Shown: positions 46,730-55,521 of the stretch, one piece after another
Position numbering within the stretch: the stretch's first letter is position 1
Layout of the letters: every line of letters begins with the position of its first letter
From: Bernardetiaceae bacterium
Lineage (GTDB): Bacteria; Bacteroidota; Bacteroidia; Cytophagales; Thermoflexibacteraceae
Assembly (NCBI GenBank): GCA_025056255.1
Contig: JANWVT010000006.1
Location: forward strand, 118,981 to 182,980
DNA: 64,000 bases
Direction of reading: 5' to 3'
Notes under the pieces: model-generated
Database searches by the model: none
The model's input: only the letters and a program-made list of their open reading frames with translations
What the model was told of the DNA's origin: nothing
Program-made: the position numbers and the translations under genes

Positions 46730-47641
46730 ATGCCAATCAATTTAGACTTAGGTGTTGTTAAACAATACAGCAATTTAGAGCTGCTCGCCAAACAAATGGT
46801 AGAGGGTTTCATTACTGGGTTGCACAAATCGCCCTATCATGGCTTTTCGGTAGAGTTTGCTGAGCACCGGCTTTACAACACCGGAGAAGGCACACGCCAC
46901 ATAGACTGGAAAGTGTTTGCTAAAACCGACCGGCTCTACACCAAACGCTACGAAGAAGAAACCAACTTACGTGCACTGATTTTGATAGACAACTCCTCCT
47001 CGATGTATTACCCGGAACCAAACTGGGGTAAAATTCGTTTTAGCATTGTAGCAGCTGCCTGCTTAGCCTATATGTTGCAACGCCAGCGCGATGCAGTAGG
47101 AATTGCGGCTTTCTCCGATGTAATTGAGTGGGAAACCCCTGTTAAATCCACTCCTACACACATTCACAATGTATTCTTGCAACTTCAAAAAATGTTTGAC
47201 CGCTTAGTTCCTCATAAAAAAACCGAGGCAGCTAAGGTAATCCACCAAGTTGCAGATAAAATTCACCGACGTTCGCTGATTATTATCCTTAGCGATATGC
47301 TGGAAAACTCAGCTCAACAGGCTGAACTATTTGCCGCTTTGCAACACCTGAAACACAACCATCACGAAGTTTTACTCTTTCACACTATCGACAAGAAAAC
47401 CGAAGATGCATTTGAGTTTGAAGACCGTCCGTATATTTTTATCGATTTAGAAAGCAATGAGCGCGTAAAACTGCAACCTTCCCAAGTGCGAGCTTACTAC
47501 AGAGAGCAAATTTCACGACAATTTCATGAGCTAAAACTCAAATGCGGGCAATATAAAATTGATTTTATTGAAGCTGATATTGCCCGACCACTCGACCAAA
47601 TTTTGCTGGCTTATTTGATTAAGCGTGCCAAAATGAAATAA
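46730..47641 (+). CDS. DUF58 domain protein (vWA-like, usually a MoxR partner)
   Basis: 303 aa. SPYHGFSVEFAEHR.Y..GE..RHIDWKVFAKTDRLYTKRYEEE. Confidence 0.8.
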   Translation: MPINLDLGVVKQYSNLELLAKQMVEGFITGLHKSPYHGFSVEFAEHRLYNTGEGTRHIDWKVFAKTDRLYTKRYEEETNLRALILIDNSSSMYYPEPNWGKIRFSIVAAACLAYMLQRQRDAVGIAAFSDVIEWETPVKSTPTHIHNVFLQLQKMFDRLVPHKKTEAAKVIHQVADKIHRRSLIIILSDMLENSAQQAELFAALQHLKHNHHEVLLFHTIDKKTEDAFEFEDRPYIFIDLESNERVKLQPSQVRAYYREQISRQFHELKLKCGQYKIDFIEADIARPLDQILLAYLIKRAKMK

Positions 47642-47650
47642 ACATGCAAT

Positions 47651-49903
47651 ATGCCTGTTTCCTATAATCGCCTGCTCAAACAAAAACACGGGTTGGGGTC
47701 TCTGCCTGTATTCTTCCTTTCACTTTGCACCTTGCAGGGTGCACTGATGATTTTATGGCTTGGTTATGCTGTAGGTAACTTGGGCTTACTAGGCTCCATA
47801 GGCATGGTGGCTTTGGCACATGCCATCACCATTCCTACGGCAATGGCATTTTCCGAAATAGCTACTAATCAAAAAGTAGAAGGGGGTGGAGAGTATTTTA
47901 TTATCTCACGCTCTTTTGGCATCACCATAGGCGTGCCTATTGGTATTATGCTCTACATGGCGCAAACCCTTTTGACGGCACTGTACCTCATGTCGTTCTC
48001 ACGCGCTTTCCAACCATTTTTCGATTACCTACTTGCTTCGCCTTTGAACATCTACGTGTACGACTACCGGGTAGCCAGTATTCCGGCTTTTGTGCTACTT
48101 TCTTTACTGCTGCTCCGATTTGGTTCAGAGGTGCTCATTAAAATACTCTACTTAGCAGTGCCACTAATGCTTTTTGGATATGGGCTTTTTTTAGCAAGCC
48201 CTCCTACCTATCGCAGCGAATTATTGTTAAGCGAACTGACCCAACGCATCACCAATCCGATGCATTTTTTTAGCGTGTTGGCTTTATGCTTTCCTATGTT
48301 CGGAGGCATCACAGCTGGCTTGGGCTTCTCTAAAAAATTGCGCGAGCCGCGTTACTCGCTGCCGCGTGGCATTATTGGCGCTGCTGTAGTAGGCTTTTTG
48401 CTGTACATAGTGTTCATCTTCAAACTGTACATGATTGCCTCGCCCAACGAGCTGGTAAGCAACCCGTTGGTGATGGCAGACAAAACACCGTTCGGTATTG
48501 AAATGATTGTGGTTTTGGGCACAGTGAGTATGCTTTCAGCAGCAGGCTCTTTCCTGATGGCAAGCCGCACTTTGCAGGCACTGGCAGCTGACCGCGTATT
48601 GCCCAATCTGATATGGGACCGATGGCTCTCTCGCATGAACCGCAACGATGTAAACAATCCTTTGCCTACTCACGCCATTCAGGTTACAGCAATACTGGTC
48701 TTGATAGCACTCATATACGACAACATGCCCTACATGTTAGAGGGGGTTTCTATTTTGCTTTGCCTGACCTTCGGCTCTATCTGTCTGATTTCTTTCTTAG
48801 AACATTTTGCTGCCGACCCAGCTTACCGACCTGTATTCCGTACTCGCTGGTATATCTCCTTAGCAGGAGCCCTCGTCTGCATTTTTGTGATGATTAACGT
48901 CAACTTGCGGCTTTCATTGCTGTCATTAGTATTCATGGTTTTCACTTACTTAGTAGTCAGCCGCTATCAGCACCGCAAACAAGGGCTCTCTACCATTTTC
49001 CAAGGCGTCATTTTCCAACTGAGCCGAACGTTGCAGATTTTTTTGCAGAAAGTGCGCAAAGAACCCGAAGCCGAACACTGGCGACCTTCTATCATCTGCA
49101 TCTCCACTCACTCCTTCGACCGCGTATCTGCTTTTCAGTTCTTGCGGTGGATTTCTTACAAATATGGCTTTGGCACCTACATTCACCTAATTGAAGGCTA
49201 TTTGTCAAAAGAAACTCACCGACAGTCTAAGGAATGCTACAAGCAACTCATTCAAATTTCGGATGCTACCCACAGCAACGTATACATCGACACATTGGTT
49301 AGTCCCTCTGCAACAGCTGCTATTTCACAAGTTATCCAGTTGCCGGGTATTTCTGGCAAAGAGAACAATGTAATTATGTTTGAGTTTTCCAAATCTAATC
49401 CCGAAGGATTGGAAAGCATTGCTGCTAACTTTCAACTGGTGCGCGCTACCGACTTTGATGCTATTGTACTGGGTAGTTCAGACCGCAACTTTGGTTATCA
49501 CAGTGAAATAGATATTTGGATTACTTCCAACGACTACGAAAATGCTAGCCTGATGATTTTATTGGGCTACATCATTTTAGGACATCCAGAGTGGAGCAAT
49601 GCAAGTATCAAAATTTTTGCTATCTATCCAGAGGATGAATTGGTAGAACAAAAACAGAACCTAATGGAGCTGATCAATTCGGGACGTTTGCCTATTTCGC
49701 CCGGAAACATAGAATTGATTCCTCAAAAAGAAAATGTAGATACTAAAACTATCATCAACCAAAAATCTAAACGCGCCGACCTTACCATCATCGGCATACG
49801 CTCTGAGGCAGTTAAGCACAGCGGTGAGGCAGTATTTATGGGCTACGATGGCATTGGCGACGTACTTTTTGTCAACACTAAAAATATGAAATCATTGCGC
49901 TAA
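47651..49903 (+). CDS. APC-superfamily permease with SLC12-like cytoplasmic C-terminal domain
   Basis: 750 aa. About 12 TM segments in the N-terminal part (SEIATNQKVEGGGEYFIISRSFG), followed by a soluble tail of about 280 aa. Confidence 0.7.
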   Translation: MPVSYNRLLKQKHGLGSLPVFFLSLCTLQGALMILWLGYAVGNLGLLGSIGMVALAHAITIPTAMAFSEIATNQKVEGGGEYFIISRSFGITIGVPIGIMLYMAQTLLTALYLMSFSRAFQPFFDYLLASPLNIYVYDYRVASIPAFVLLSLLLLRFGSEVLIKILYLAVPLMLFGYGLFLASPPTYRSELLLSELTQRITNPMHFFSVLALCFPMFGGITAGLGFSKKLREPRYSLPRGIIGAAVVGFLLYIVFIFKLYMIASPNELVSNPLVMADKTPFGIEMIVVLGTVSMLSAAGSFLMASRTLQALAADRVLPNLIWDRWLSRMNRNDVNNPLPTHAIQVTAILVLIALIYDNMPYMLEGVSILLCLTFGSICLISFLEHFAADPAYRPVFRTRWYISLAGALVCIFVMINVNLRLSLLSLVFMVFTYLVVSRYQHRKQGLSTIFQGVIFQLSRTLQIFLQKVRKEPEAEHWRPSIICISTHSFDRVSAFQFLRWISYKYGFGTYIHLIEGYLSKETHRQSKECYKQLIQISDATHSNVYIDTLVSPSATAAISQVIQLPGISGKENNVIMFEFSKSNPEGLESIAANFQLVRATDFDAIVLGSSDRNFGYHSEIDIWITSNDYENASLMILLGYIILGHPEWSNASIKIFAIYPEDELVEQKQNLMELINSGRLPISPGNIELIPQKENVDTKTIINQKSKRADLTIIGIRSEAVKHSGEAVFMGYDGIGDVLFVNTKNMKSLR

Positions 49904-49980
49904 CAGGTACTGTATACCAAGCAAAATGGCAGGATACAGAGCGCTTGGCAAACACAGCACTGAGCATTTGCCAATTAATA

Positions 49981-50321
49981 GCATGTTTAGGTTTTACAGG
50001 GGGCAAGCACTAAAAACCTAAGTAATTGGACAGGATGGCAGAATTGACAGGGTTTCGTAGCTGAAAAACAACCTTGCTACGGAAATTTGGAGTTCGGAAT
50101 TTAGAATTTTCCACATTCCGCCATCTCACATTCCAAATTTGGATTGGGGTTTTCCGCCTTCCGCCATTCAAGTTTGGATTTTGGAGTTCGGAATTTGGAG
50201 TTTCCGCCTTCCGCCATCTCACATTCCAAATCATGCATATGAATGTGGCAAAATAAACCTTACAAAAAACTACTAAACCCGTGCAAAAAAACCGACAGGT
50301 ATTAAAACCTATCGGTTTTTT
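49981..50321 (+). repeat. Composite intergenic repeat element, copy B (full length: left arm, 3 cores at 50111, 50154 and 50204, right arm, terminator)
   Basis: Read directly. It shares every module with copies A and C. Confidence 0.9.
50285..50321. terminator. Terminator hairpin at the 3' end of repeat copy B
   Basis: A7, then CCGACAGG-N8-CCTATCGG, then T6. Confidence 0.65.
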
Positions 50322-50417
50322 GTAGTAATGCTTTCTATCCAAAGCAATTTAATCTGCCCGGGTGCTTATTTACTGCTTTCAGCATTGGCAAAAAACAAGC
50401 AGCGCACTGCTAACGTA

Positions 50418-51170
50418 TCAGTCGCGAGGTTGCTCTAATTCGCGAATCCAGATGTTGCGGAAACTAACGCGGTTGCTGTGGTCTTGCAAGAGAATAGGTC
50501 CTTTGCCGTGTGCTACGTATTTGGGAGCGCCAATGTACTCGGTGGTGCCGTGAATTTCCACATGGTTTTGCACTACTACCCCGTTGTGAATTACAGTAAT
50601 GTAGGCAGGGCGCTCCAATGAGCCATTTTTGCGAAAACGTGGGGCTGTGTAAATAATGTCGTACGTATTCCATTCGCCGGGCTTGGAGGTGGCATTTACC
50701 AAAGGAATATGTTGTTTGTAGATACTGGCAGCTTGTCCATTAGAATAAGTTCGGTTGTTGTATGAATTGAGAATTTGTACTTCGTAGCGCCCCTGCATAA
50801 ATACGCCGCTATTGCCGCGATCTTGTCCTTTTCGCTCGGCAGGTTCATCGGGTGATCGCCATTCTAAGTGAAGCTGAAAGTCGCCAAAGGTGCGTTTGGT
50901 CTGAATATCACCTGTTCCGGGAACTACGGTGAATACTCCTTCCTTTACTTCCCACTTGGCAGGGCTGCCGTCTTTCACACTGACCCATTCGTTCAAATGG
51001 TTGCCATCGAACAATATAATGGCATCTGAGGGGGCTTTGCCCATGCCTGGTGCAATAACTACCTTCGGCTCTGGTTCCCACACCTCAGTGTCTTCGGGTT
51101 TAGGGCTGCTTTGTTGCGCATATGCCGCTGCAGAGAGCAATCCAAACAAGTACAAGGCAAGTTTTCTCAT
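50418..51170 (-). CDS. DUF1080 (3-keto-disaccharide hydrolase-like) domain protein
   Basis: Signal peptide [47 protein letters not shown] and the IWIRE ending. Start moved to Met12. Confidence 0.75.
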   Translation of the reverse strand: MRKLALYLFGLLSAAAYAQQSSPKPEDTEVWEPEPKVVIAPGMGKAPSDAIILFDGNHLNEWVSVKDGSPAKWEVKEGVFTVVPGTGDIQTKRTFGDFQLHLEWRSPDEPAERKGQDRGNSGVFMQGRYEVQILNSYNNRTYSNGQAASIYKQHIPLVNATSKPGEWNTYDIIYTAPRFRKNGSLERPAYITVIHNGVVVQNHVEIHGTTEYIGAPKYVAHGKGPILLQDHSNRVSFRNIWIRELEQPRD

Positions 51171-51283
51171 TTTTTTCGTTTTGAAGCAGCCCAATATAAA
51201 CAAAAAATGAGGAGAAGCGAATAGTTTTCTCCTCAGGAATATGCTTAGTGCTTATGAAGTGCTTGCCTTGTTAGGCAGATAAG

Positions 51284-51880
51284 CTACTCGGCACCAATAG
51301 CGCTCAAAATTTCATGGCTCATAGGCTTTACACCAGAGCCAAAGAACTTCACCAGTTCGCCTTTTTCATTTACCAAATACTTGGCGAAGTTCCATTTTGG
51401 CGCATCGCTGTTCCAGCCATTTAATTCTTTAGTAGAGAGCCACTTGTAGAGCGGGTGCATGTCGTCGCCTTTTACAGAAATTTTTTCGAACATGCGGAAG
51501 GTAACACCGTAATTTACGCGGCAGAACTCGGCAATTTCAGCGTTGGTGCCTGGTTCTTGGTTGCCGAAGTTATTAGCCGGAAAACCAAGTATCACCACTT
51601 TGTCGCCATGTTTTTTGTTGAGCTCTTCCAGCTCGGCATATTGTGGTGTGTAGCCGCATTTGGAAGCCACATTCACCAGCAACACTTTTTTGCCTTTGAA
51701 GATGCTGAAATCTACTTCGTTGCCGTTGATGTCTCGCATCTTAAAATCGTAAAATGAAGGCTTATTTTGCATACCAGTATTGATAATACTTGCTTCTGCA
51801 TTTTGTGGTCTGGATTTGATATCGTCGGCGCCTATACAAGCGCTTAGAAACACTAACAATCCCAATAGAAGATTTACCAT
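51284..51880 (-). CDS. gpx: Glutathione peroxidase (Cys type), lipoprotein signal
   Basis: 198 aa. LLVNVASKCGYTPQY, LGFPANNFGNQEPG and WNFAKYLV motifs. Confidence 0.85.
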   Translation of the reverse strand: MVNLLLGLLVFLSACIGADDIKSRPQNAEASIINTGMQNKPSFYDFKMRDINGNEVDFSIFKGKKVLLVNVASKCGYTPQYAELEELNKKHGDKVVILGFPANNFGNQEPGTNAEIAEFCRVNYGVTFRMFEKISVKGDDMHPLYKWLSTKELNGWNSDAPKWNFAKYLVNEKGELVKFFGSGVKPMSHEILSAIGAE

Positions 51881-51942
51881 AGTGCTGTGCGTTTTTTTGT
51901 TTAGCTAATAAGTAACCACTTGCAGAGCGTAATTGTTCCTAA

Positions 51943-53088
51943 CTATGCTGATGAAAGTGCACTTTTTACCGATTGTAAGTCTCCGTAAAAAGATTGTTCG
52001 GTTACTTGTGAATATCGGATAGCGCGTTGCCTGAAATTTTCGTAAGACTCGTACACTTTTTTGCTAATAGGGTCGGTGGCAATCATTTCTTGTATTACTT
52101 CTATGAGTTTTTCATTCATAGCAGCCAACACATCTGAGGGAAACTTGCGGAGTTCTTTTTTTTCTTCTTGGATGAGCTTGTCTAAATATTCAGCATTTTT
52201 GGCTTCCGATTCGGCGAACAAGGTAGTGTGCAGTTGCATAATAGCAGATTCTAGCATCATTTGGAGGTCTTCTGGAAGGCTTTGCAAGGCATTTTTATTA
52301 ACCAATACTTCTAAGGGAGTGCCGGGCTCTTGCCAGCCGGGGTAGTAGTAGTATTTGGCTACGCGGTGCAAGCCAAGCAGGTAGTCGTGAAAGGGACCAA
52401 TCCACTCACAGGCATCAATTACGCCGCGCTCTAAGTTGGTGTAAATTTCAGCACCGGCTACTGTGATGGGCGAGCCCCCAATTTTTTTGACTACTTTTCC
52501 TCCTAAACCGGGTATGCGCATAATGAGCCCTTTGAAGTCGGTTAAACTTTTAATTTCTCGGTTAAACCAGCCGCCCATTTGCATGCCTGTGCATCCGCCT
52601 AAGTAGGGAACAATGTTGAAGGGCGCATATACTTCTCGCCAAAGTTGCAAGCCGCCGCCGGCTATAATCCAAGCTATCATTTGTTGGGAGTTCATGCCAA
52701 AAGGAATAGAGGCAAAAAATTGTGAGGCTTGTACACGCCCTGCCCAATAATAGGGTGCCGAGTGCCCCAATTCTACTGCACCCAAACTGACTGCATCGAA
52801 CACTTCATTGGCTGGAATGAGCTCGCCCGCGCCATACACCTGAATTTGGATGCGTCCTTCGCTCATTTTTTCTACTAATTTGGCAAACTTGTCTACATTT
52901 TCGCCTAAAACAGGGAAATGGGGAGGCCAAGTAGTAACCATTTTCCAGCGAAAAATTTTGTCGCTCTTGTTTGCCTTCTGTGTGTTTGGCTGTGCATGCT
53001 CTTGCTTGCAAGCAGCCAATACAGTGCTACTACCTATGGCAGCCCACGTAGTTTTTTTTAGAAAATTGCGCCTTTTCAACGTATCCAT
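51943..53088 (-). CDS. TRAP-transporter substrate-binding protein (DctP/COG4663-like) with Tat signal
   Basis: The twin-arginine signal is RRNFLKKTTWAAIGSSTVLAA. WKMVTTWPPHFPVLGE...AGELIPANEVFDAVSLGAVELGHS. Start moved to Met13. Confidence 0.75.
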   Translation of the reverse strand: MDTLKRRNFLKKTTWAAIGSSTVLAACKQEHAQPNTQKANKSDKIFRWKMVTTWPPHFPVLGENVDKFAKLVEKMSEGRIQIQVYGAGELIPANEVFDAVSLGAVELGHSAPYYWAGRVQASQFFASIPFGMNSQQMIAWIIAGGGLQLWREVYAPFNIVPYLGGCTGMQMGGWFNREIKSLTDFKGLIMRIPGLGGKVVKKIGGSPITVAGAEIYTNLERGVIDACEWIGPFHDYLLGLHRVAKYYYYPGWQEPGTPLEVLVNKNALQSLPEDLQMMLESAIMQLHTTLFAESEAKNAEYLDKLIQEEKKELRKFPSDVLAAMNEKLIEVIQEMIATDPISKKVYESYENFRQRAIRYSQVTEQSFYGDLQSVKSALSSA

Positions 53089-53115
53089 ACAACAAATATA
53101 TAAATTTGACTCAGT

Positions 53116-54207
53116 ATGAAGCATTTGCCTTTTAGTAAAGCCCTATTGGTTGCTTTTTGGACAGCCAAATATTTATCAGGGATGTGTTGCAATGAGGTTG
53201 CTGCACAAAAAAAGGCAACTGCTCCACAACTTCCTGTTAAAAAAGTGCAGAACACAGTGGTGGTTACTCCTCCGAAAGTAGAACACTTTCGCCTTGCCAA
53301 AGGAAAAACAATACGAATAGTATTAGACCCCGGACATGGCGGACACGACCCCGGAACGCTTCGCAGCCATAAACATTTTGCCCACGAAAAAGACATCGTT
53401 TTAGATATCACCCAATTAGTAGCCAAATATATAGAAGAAAATCTTGAAAATATTGAGCTAATTCATACCAGACAAGCCGATAACTTTGTCAGCCTTAAAG
53501 AACGTGCCGATTTAGCCAACAGTGCAGAAGCCGATTTTTTTATCAGCATTCATTGTAACGCTAGCCCGCGCTCTTGGGTAAGTGGTACGCAGGTGCACAT
53601 ACACGACCATGCCTTTGTTCATAGTTTGGCACTAGCGCAAAGCATAGACGAAGAATTTCGCACTCGTGCTCGTCGCCCCAGTAGAGGCATTTTCAACACT
53701 AAAGACCGCCGACATAGCCTTTATGTCCTCCAGTATACTACCATGCCCAGTGTGCTGATAGAAGTAGGCTTTTTGTCGAACAAAGAAGAAGAAAAATATC
53801 TGAATGGACAATACGGCAAAGAAATTATTGCCTCTGCTATTTATCGCGGATTGCGCAACTATTTAGTGGCAACAGGAGTAGGGGTGCGTTTCAAGACAGG
53901 CAGTCAAGCAGCTAAAAAGCAACTTCGCGAAGAAAAAGCCGACAGCGAAAAAATTCGTTACCGCGTACAAATAACAGCCTCTGAAACCCGAATCCCGCTA
54001 ACCCACTACGATTTCAGAAAACTGAAAATGCCTGTTCATGAGCACGTGTTTGAAGGAGAAACCTTTCGCTATCGCTATACAGCAGGCGGCTCATTCGACG
54101 ATATCAAGAAAGCTACCGAAGTAATGCGAGAGGTACGACAAAAAGGCTTTCCCGATGCCTACTTAATTATTGACCCACAACAACGCGCACAAGCAAGCAA
54201 AAAATAA
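53116..54207 (+). CDS. N-acetylmuramoyl-L-alanine amidase with C-terminal SPOR-like domain
   Basis: 363 aa. Amidase_3 motifs IVLDPGHGGHDPG, SIHCNA and LIEVGFLSN. The C-terminal YRVQI...GF.DAY fits SPOR. Confidence 0.8.
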   Translation: MKHLPFSKALLVAFWTAKYLSGMCCNEVAAQKKATAPQLPVKKVQNTVVVTPPKVEHFRLAKGKTIRIVLDPGHGGHDPGTLRSHKHFAHEKDIVLDITQLVAKYIEENLENIELIHTRQADNFVSLKERADLANSAEADFFISIHCNASPRSWVSGTQVHIHDHAFVHSLALAQSIDEEFRTRARRPSRGIFNTKDRRHSLYVLQYTTMPSVLIEVGFLSNKEEEKYLNGQYGKEIIASAIYRGLRNYLVATGVGVRFKTGSQAAKKQLREEKADSEKIRYRVQITASETRIPLTHYDFRKLKMPVHEHVFEGETFRYRYTAGGSFDDIKKATEVMREVRQKGFPDAYLIIDPQQRAQASKK

Positions 54208-54281
54208 CAAACACTTGTTTATCTGCACGAATTAACGGAGTTTTGCAGCTATTTAGAACGATTCTAAACTGTGTGTCATCT

Positions 54282-55337
54282 ATGAAATTCAGACATTTTT
54301 TACTTGCAGCAGCCACAGTTGTGTTGTTGGCTGCATGTAGCACTTCTAACCAGCAAAATCAGGCAGAGCAACAAGCTACTGATTCACTTGTGGTGAATGT
54401 GTATACCCATCGCCATTATGATGCCGACAAACAACTGTTTGCCGATTTTGAAAAATTGACAGGCATTAAAGTAAATGTAAAAACAGCCAGCGCCGACGAA
54501 TTGCAGAAACTTATGGAGATGGAAGGCGCAAATTGTCCTGCTGATGTGCTACTAACGGTAGATGCAGGTCGGTTGGTGCGCGCCAAAGACAAAGGCTTGC
54601 TGCAACCTATTCAGTCTGCAGTACTTAATGCCAACATTCCTGCTCACTTGCGCGACGGCGAAGGATACTGGTATGCCTTTACCCAGCGCGCCAGAGTAAT
54701 TGTTTACAATAAAGAAAAAGTGAAACCCTCAGAGCTTAGCACCTATGAAGAGCTTACTTCGCCTAAATGGAAGAAACGCATCTTAGTGCGCCCCTCCGAT
54801 AACATCTACAACCAATCACTATTGGCTTCTATTATTGCCCACAAAGGCGAAGAAACAGCTTTGCTATGGGCAAAAGGAATTGTAGCCAACATGGCGCGCG
54901 AGCCCAAAGGCAACGACCGCGACCAAATTTATGCTGTTGCCAACGGCGAAGGCGATATAGCCATTGTCAATTCTTACTACTTAGGGCAGATGCTTCATTC
55001 CAAAGAAGCAGCGGATACCATAGCTGCTAAAAAAATTGGCATTTTCTTTCCTAATCAGGCAGACCGAGGTGCGCACATGAACGTAAGCGGTGGCGGAGTG
55101 GCTAAGTATGCCCCCCATAAAGAAAATGCCATTAAACTTTTGGAGTTTCTTTCTTCTGAGCAGGCGCAAAAAGTATTTGCTGAAGCCAATCAAGAGTACC
55201 CTGTGAAGCCGGGCGTGCCGCTTTCTGCTACCCTCGCAAGCTGGGGAACTTTCAAAGCAGATACACTAAGCGTTGTGCAGCTGGGTAAATTCAATACAGC
55301 TGCTGTAAAAATATTGGATGCTGCCGGCTGGAAATAA
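54282..55337 (+). CDS. Fe(3+) ABC-transporter substrate-binding protein (FbpA/AfuA-like)
   Basis: Lipoprotein signal LLAACS. Blocks VNVYTHRHYDADKQLF..FEK.TGIKVNV and GE.DIAIVNSYY. Start moved to Met14. Confidence 0.75.
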   Translation: MKFRHFLLAAATVVLLAACSTSNQQNQAEQQATDSLVVNVYTHRHYDADKQLFADFEKLTGIKVNVKTASADELQKLMEMEGANCPADVLLTVDAGRLVRAKDKGLLQPIQSAVLNANIPAHLRDGEGYWYAFTQRARVIVYNKEKVKPSELSTYEELTSPKWKKRILVRPSDNIYNQSLLASIIAHKGEETALLWAKGIVANMAREPKGNDRDQIYAVANGEGDIAIVNSYYLGQMLHSKEAADTIAAKKIGIFFPNQADRGAHMNVSGGGVAKYAPHKENAIKLLEFLSSEQAQKVFAEANQEYPVKPGVPLSATLASWGTFKADTLSVVQLGKFNTAAVKILDAAGWK

Positions 55338-55521
55338 GCTGCTCATCTGTAGCTCACTTGCAGTAGTCTTTTGGCTGCTGCAAGTGCAACCTGACAGCTT
55401 AAATATCAAAAGTTACAACGTACCGAAGAGTTGTTTGTGAAGACACAAACAACGGCGACGTGCAACGGCAACATATAAACGCACATGGCTTGTGCGTTAT
55501 AAAAAGTATGTGTGCCGTTAC

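Noticed and set aside
43455-50321. Composite transposon or genomic island bounded by the inverted repeat copies
   Set aside because: The block contains no transposase, integrase or other mobility gene. It carries housekeeping queA, and I saw no target-site duplication. It is kept only as a possible inversion substrate.
51284-51880. Selenocysteine recoding in the glutathione peroxidase
   Set aside because: The active-site residue is encoded as Cys (VASKCGYT). The ORF is uninterrupted, with no in-frame TGA.
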